The notes under the pieces were generated by a model, which worked only from the letters and a program-made list of their open reading frames with translations, was not told where the DNA came from and ran no database searches. 64,000 nucleotides of DNA, from assembly GCA_964517415.1 (NCBI GenBank), contig CAZFCA010000002.1, forward strand, positions 47,288 through 111,287. The letters are read 5' to 3'. The position numbers and the translations under genes were made by a program. The number at the start of each line of letters is the position of its first letter. Position 1 is the stretch's first letter. This DNA comes from an uncultured Rhodospirillaceae bacterium. Lineage in GTDB: Bacteria > Pseudomonadota > Alphaproteobacteria > UBA9219. Shown here piece after piece: positions 59,795 through 64,000 of this stretch.

Positions 59795-61135
59795 TTACAT
59801 GGCGGGCAGCAGCTCTCCCTTAAGGCTATTGGGGCTGGCTTTTGTAATTTTAACCGTAATTTCTTGTCCCAATAGATCTGAATCCGACGCTTCGACGAAG
59901 GTGGACTGCATATAAGGGCTGCGTCCGAAAAACCTTTTTTTGACCTCGTTTTTGTCATCAATCAGGATGCAAACGGCCCGGCCTACCAGTTGCTGGTTAA
60001 AGGCGGTTTGCTGTTCGCGCAACAGTCCCTGAAGCTCTGCCAGCCGTTCGTTTTTTACCTTTTCGGGCAATTGATCGGAAAGCGAGGCCGCAGGGGTTCC
60101 GGGACGGCAGCTATATTTGAACGAAAAAGCCTGGGCAAAGCCGATTTCTTTAACCAACTTCAGCGTGGCGGAAAAATCAGCCTCAGTCTCGCCCGGGAAT
60201 CCAACAATGAAGTCCGACGAAAAAGCCATGTCGGATCGGATTTTTCTGAATCCATCTATAAGGCGTCGATACTCATCCGCTCGGTAATTCCTGCTCATTG
60301 CCTTAAGAATTCTGTCCGAGCCGCTTTGGACCGGAAGATGGAGGAAAGGCATAAGGGAAGGAATGTCCCGATGCGCGGCGATCAATTCATCATCCATGTC
60401 GGTCGGGTAGGAGGTCGTGTAACGAAGGCGCTTTAATCCCGGAATTTCAGCCAGACGATGGAGAAGCCTGCCCAATCCCCATATGGCGCCCTTTGCATCC
60501 TGCCCATGAAAAGCATTGACGTTTTGGCCGAGGAGCGTGACTTCTTTGGCTCCGTTTCCGACAAGCGTCTCCGCTTCGGCGACGATGCTTTCGGGTGCGC
60601 GGGAATATTCGCTTCCGCGTGTGTAAGGAACGACGCAGTAGGTGCAGAACTTATCGCATCCTTCCTGAATGGAAAGAAAAACGCTAACGCCACTGGTCGT
60701 TTGCGCGGGCAGAAAGTCGAATTTTGGCTCGACCGGAAAGTCGGTATTTAAAACACCCCGCGAAGGGCGGTTTAATTGCGCGATCATTCGGGGCAAAAGA
60801 TGATACGTTTGCGGGCCGAAAACGATATCGACGTAAGGGGCGCGGCGCTGGATTTCAGCGCCTTCGGCTTGAGCGACGCAGCCCGCAACGGCTAAAATCA
60901 TTTTTTCGCTCTTGGATTCTTTTTCTTTTTGTATAAGCCGGAGGCGGCCTAATTCCGAAAAGAGCTTTCCGGTCGCTTTTTCGCGAATGTGGCACGTGTT
61001 TAAGATGATAAAATCCGCTTCTGCGGGAACATCGCAAAGCTCAAATCCTAATGGTGCGAGAACGTCTGCCATACGGCCGGAGTCGTAGGCGTTCATTTGG
61101 CAGCCCCATGTTTTAATGAAAAGTTTTTTGCCCAT
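59795..61135 (-). CDS. miaB: tRNA-2-methylthio-N6-dimethylallyladenosine synthase MiaB
   Basis: The UPF0004 N-domain has the Cys triad TWGCQMN...NTC...GC. The radical SAM motif is CDKFCTYC. A TRAM domain is present. The start was re-derived to the ATG at 61135. Confidence 0.9.
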   Translation of the reverse strand: MGKKLFIKTWGCQMNAYDSGRMADVLAPLGFELCDVPAEADFIILNTCHIREKATGKLFSELGRLRLIQKEKESKSEKMILAVAGCVAQAEGAEIQRRAPYVDIVFGPQTYHLLPRMIAQLNRPSRGVLNTDFPVEPKFDFLPAQTTSGVSVFLSIQEGCDKFCTYCVVPYTRGSEYSRAPESIVAEAETLVGNGAKEVTLLGQNVNAFHGQDAKGAIWGLGRLLHRLAEIPGLKRLRYTTSYPTDMDDELIAAHRDIPSLMPFLHLPVQSGSDRILKAMSRNYRADEYRRLIDGFRKIRSDMAFSSDFIVGFPGETEADFSATLKLVKEIGFAQAFSFKYSCRPGTPAASLSDQLPEKVKNERLAELQGLLREQQTAFNQQLVGRAVCILIDDKNEVKKRFFGRSPYMQSTFVEASDSDLLGQEITVKITKASPNSLKGELLPAM

Positions 61136-61194
61136 TCGGGCTGAATGCCACGAATAATGCCAACCGTCCAATGAAAATAATGCCAGAGCGTGGG

Positions 61195-61980
61195 TTACGC
61201 GCGGTTGCGAAGTCCCAAAGCCACCGCCTCCTGACACGTTGTGGCAAGGAGTTTTCGGCTTGGAAAATCCTTTATCAGAAGAGGGGGATGAAAGAGAACA
61301 TCTACAACAATGCCTTTACATTTAAAAGCGAGCCAAAGATGCTTCCATAGGGGTATATCCAGCCAAGCGTAAAGCCCGCGATCTTCCGGCACTGCAGGCC
61401 GACCGTTAATGCCAGCCAGAGCGATGGATATGGGCTGGACGGGGACCTCTTTGCCTCCGGAAAAATTTTCAACCATTCCGAAAAGGCTGCTTTTGAAGGG
61501 TAAAACAATCGAACCGTCCGTCGATGTTCCTTCTGCGAATAAAATCAGGTTTTGGGACCTGACAATAGTTTTCATTTGAAGGCACTGTTCCGCCGCCCGG
61601 CTAGGCTTCCGTTCAACAAAAATAGTATCCTGAATTTTCGCGAGAATTCCAAAGAAAGGCCAACGTGCAACTTCGGATTTGGCGACAAAGCGGCCTTCCA
61701 GAAGCGACCCTAAAACAGGAATATCGAGATAAGAGAGGTGATTGGAAACGAATAATACCGGAAAACATGTTGCGGGTTTTCCTTGACGCCTGACTGAAAT
61801 GCCTGCGATGAGAAGGAATAACCAATGAAAATATCGCGAAAATTTATAAGGTTGCCGTTTATCGGCGAGCTTCCAAAGAAAAGCGGAGGGCGCGACCGTC
61901 GACGCCATAAGCAAAAAAGCCATAACCCTAAGAATGCCGCGAGGAATAGCCAGAATATCGGTGGTCGCACGGTTGTTCAT
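61195..61980 (-). CDS. olsA: lyso-ornithine lipid O-acyltransferase OlsA (PlsC-family acyltransferase)
   Basis: The PlsC HX4D motif is VSNHLSYLD. An N-terminal TM anchor is present. It lies immediately downstream of an OlsB-like gene. Confidence 0.7.
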   Translation of the reverse strand: MNNRATTDILAIPRGILRVMAFLLMASTVAPSAFLWKLADKRQPYKFSRYFHWLFLLIAGISVRRQGKPATCFPVLFVSNHLSYLDIPVLGSLLEGRFVAKSEVARWPFFGILAKIQDTIFVERKPSRAAEQCLQMKTIVRSQNLILFAEGTSTDGSIVLPFKSSLFGMVENFSGGKEVPVQPISIALAGINGRPAVPEDRGLYAWLDIPLWKHLWLAFKCKGIVVDVLFHPPLLIKDFPSRKLLATTCQEAVALGLRNRA

Positions 61981-61994
61981 TGTATGATCATAGA

Positions 61995-62855
61995 TTATGA
62001 AACGGGCATGACGACCAAATCCCCGCCGCCAACATTGTAGTGCTTTTGATAGCGCCGCGTCATTAAATCCGTCTTAACGATAATGCATACGTCGGTGGTG
62101 TTGAATTGCTGATCGATGACTGCGCCGTCGCCGACAAAGCCGCCGACCCTGATATATCCCTTGATGAGCGGGGGCAGGCTGTTGTTGCCACTTCGCGAAT
62201 CCAGCTTCAACGATTCAAAGGCGGCATTCGGATCGAAGGCTTCGCGCGGCAGCAACTTCATATCCACATAACGTTCTGGCAATGCCTGCGTGCGCAGGGC
62301 CGGTGGGGCAAGATGGTGATGATAGAGATAGGAAAGAGGAATTTTTAATGCTTCCACGTCGGTTCCCGGCAAGCTCGCGCATCCGAACATCAGGGTGACA
62401 TTATGCCGGGCGACATAAAAGCTAAGGCCTCTCCATAGCAATTGCATGACGGTCCCTGTGCGATATTCGGAATCGATGCAGGACCTGCCAAGCTCCAAAA
62501 TTTCCCCGGGATAGGAGGTAAGCCGAGACACGTCGTATTCGGAGCTTGAATAAAACCCGCCGCACTTATCGGCGGCGCCCTTGCGGATCAGGCGATAAGT
62601 GCCAACGACGGGATTTTTGTTCACTCGGGCATGATCCAGAAGCAGAAGATGGTCGCAAACTTCATCGTATTTGTCTGAATCGCGGCGCTTTTCAGCCGCT
62701 TGCGGGCAGGGCTTTGCGCCCATTTCCTCGTAGAAAGTTTTATAGCGCAGCTCTTGCGCGCTATCGATTTCGGCGGCTGTTTGCGCCATGCGAACCTCGA
62801 GGCTGCCCAAAACGGCGCCCGAGCTGACATCAATCTTGTGTAATTTCGCTGTCAT
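61995..62855 (-). CDS. olsB: ornithine N-acyltransferase OlsB (hemolysin-like GNAT)
   Basis: The size, about 286 aa, and the N-terminal region AEIDSAQELRYKTFYEEMG match the OlsB family, as does its position in the olsB-olsA arrangement. Confidence 0.7.
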   Translation of the reverse strand: MTAKLHKIDVSSGAVLGSLEVRMAQTAAEIDSAQELRYKTFYEEMGAKPCPQAAEKRRDSDKYDEVCDHLLLLDHARVNKNPVVGTYRLIRKGAADKCGGFYSSSEYDVSRLTSYPGEILELGRSCIDSEYRTGTVMQLLWRGLSFYVARHNVTLMFGCASLPGTDVEALKIPLSYLYHHHLAPPALRTQALPERYVDMKLLPREAFDPNAAFESLKLDSRSGNNSLPPLIKGYIRVGGFVGDGAVIDQQFNTTDVCIIVKTDLMTRRYQKHYNVGGGDLVVMPVS

Positions 62856-63172
62856 AGATCTCCCTATGCTCTAGACCCATAATCCCGCGCTTAGAACGAT
62901 CATTCGACAGCATGTATAACATGAACCATAGGCTGTTTTTCAAGAGACATAAGGGAGGTAATAGTTAAAAAAACAAGCGAGCCGAGCGCGTCTACATGAA
63001 AGTATCGTTTTCTTTCAAAGCGTTAAGCGAACCCCTATGTTTTGATTGCGCATTGGAAAGGCTTGGCATAGTTAAGAAATTGTTTATTCGTCTAGACAAT
63101 GGGTAGTTTTTCCCACCGAAAAGCCTTAATTTCGTAGCCCATTGCCTATCTTTCAGTGAACCAAGAGACACC

Positions 63173-63877
63173 ATGCCCCAGCACATAGCCCTTGTTGACG
63201 ATGATCGCAACATCCTGACCTCCGTGCAGATGGCGCTTGAGGCCGAAGGCTTTAACATTCGCACTTATTCGGATGGGGACGAAGCCCTGAAAGGGTTGAC
63301 TCAACAGCCGGCCGATTTGGCCGTTTTGGATATTAAAATGCCGCGCTTGAACGGCATCGAATTGCTCCAGCGATTGCGCCAGAATAATTCGACGAGCCAC
63401 ATGCCGGTTATTTTCCTTACGTCGAAAGATGACGAGATCGACGAAATCATGGGGCTGCGCATGGGCGCGGACGATTATATCAAAAAGCCTTTTTCGCAGC
63501 GGCTGCTTGTGGAGCGCATTCGTTCGCTTTTGCGGCGGGAGCAGGCGCGCCAGCAACCGTCCATCAACGATCCAAACGCCATGCTAGTGCGCGGCGATAT
63601 GGTTTTAGACAGCGCGCGGCATGTCTGCGCTTGGAAAGGCAAGGCCGTCGAATTGACGGTGACGGAATTTCTGCTTGTGAAGGCGTTGGCTCAACGTCCG
63701 GGACACGTTAAAAACCGAGATCAATTAATGGACGCCGCCTACGGCGAAGCCATATGCGTCGATGATCGCACGATTGACAGCCATATCAAGCGGCTTCGGA
63801 AAAAGTTTAAAGATATAGATCCCGATTTTTCGCAAATCGAAACGCTGTATGGCGTTGGATATCGCTATAAGGAATAA
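63173..63877 (+). CDS. chvI: OmpR-family two-component response regulator ChvI
   Basis: The N-terminus [15 protein letters not shown] is typical of ChvI. The receiver plus winged-helix organisation matches ChvI, with the winged-helix segment [27 protein letters not shown]. Confidence 0.8.
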   Translation: MPQHIALVDDDRNILTSVQMALEAEGFNIRTYSDGDEALKGLTQQPADLAVLDIKMPRLNGIELLQRLRQNNSTSHMPVIFLTSKDDEIDEIMGLRMGADDYIKKPFSQRLLVERIRSLLRREQARQQPSINDPNAMLVRGDMVLDSARHVCAWKGKAVELTVTEFLLVKALAQRPGHVKNRDQLMDAAYGEAICVDDRTIDSHIKRLRKKFKDIDPDFSQIETLYGVGYRYKE

Positions 63878-63910
63878 AATTGTCCGCAGGTAATTCGGAA
63901 AATACGTTTC

Positions 63911-64000
63911 ATGCCCTTCTCCCCGACGGTGCGCGCCACCATCGTGCCGTTTCGCCGCTACTTTTGCGCATTTTGGCTGTCAATGTCATGGCTTTGGCCA
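63911..64000 (+). CDS. 5' end of a downstream ORF (possibly the ChvG-type sensor kinase), truncated by the window
   Basis: An ATG at 63911 opens an ORF that runs to the window end (MPFSPTVRATIVPFRRYFCAFWLSMSWLW...). A hydrophobic stretch is consistent with a membrane anchor. Only the position downstream of chvI suggests it is chvG. Confidence 0.3.
   Translation, partial: MPFSPTVRATIVPFRRYFCAFWLSMSWLWP

Overview
This 64 kb window is a chromosomal segment from an alphaproteobacterium, with GC content near 55-58%. Lineage markers are the ChvI response regulator, the ornithine-lipid genes olsB-olsA, an IalB-like protein and an alphaproteobacterial-type DNA polymerase III chi subunit. Gene density is high and most genes are housekeeping. 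They include ispE (5' partial), pgk, a large MscS-family channel, ftsK, mgtA, a short fragment of the division and cell wall (dcw) cluster (murE, a degenerate murF, mraY, murD, ftsW), groES-groEL, folC, holC, rph, mreB, hisS, lnt, GTP-type pckG, yidD, a his operon (hisG, hisD, a hisC::hisB fusion, hisH, hisA, hisF), thrS, miaB, olsBA and chvI. I found no rRNA or tRNA genes, no CRISPR array, and no transposase, integrase or phage genes. Several ORFs in the supplied track begin with TTG or GTG rendered as M. I re-derived a number of start codons from ATG plus Shine-Dalgarno context. The most notable locus is an 837-aa hybrid histidine kinase at 56444-58957. Its N-terminal half has the cofactor-binding motif pattern of a sensory (HydS-type) [FeFe]-hydrogenase, and it is fused directly to HisKA, HATPase and receiver domains. 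Other observations are a catalytically dead MurF relic inside a truncated dcw cluster, a HisC-IGPD fusion, a PhaC-like protein with a Ser nucleophile paired with a small coiled-coil protein, an ArsC-like protein that has lost all catalytic cysteines, mreB followed by a type IV pilin-like gene instead of mreCD, a GroES with a Cys-rich tail, two paralogous orphan receiver proteins, and an orphan flaG.
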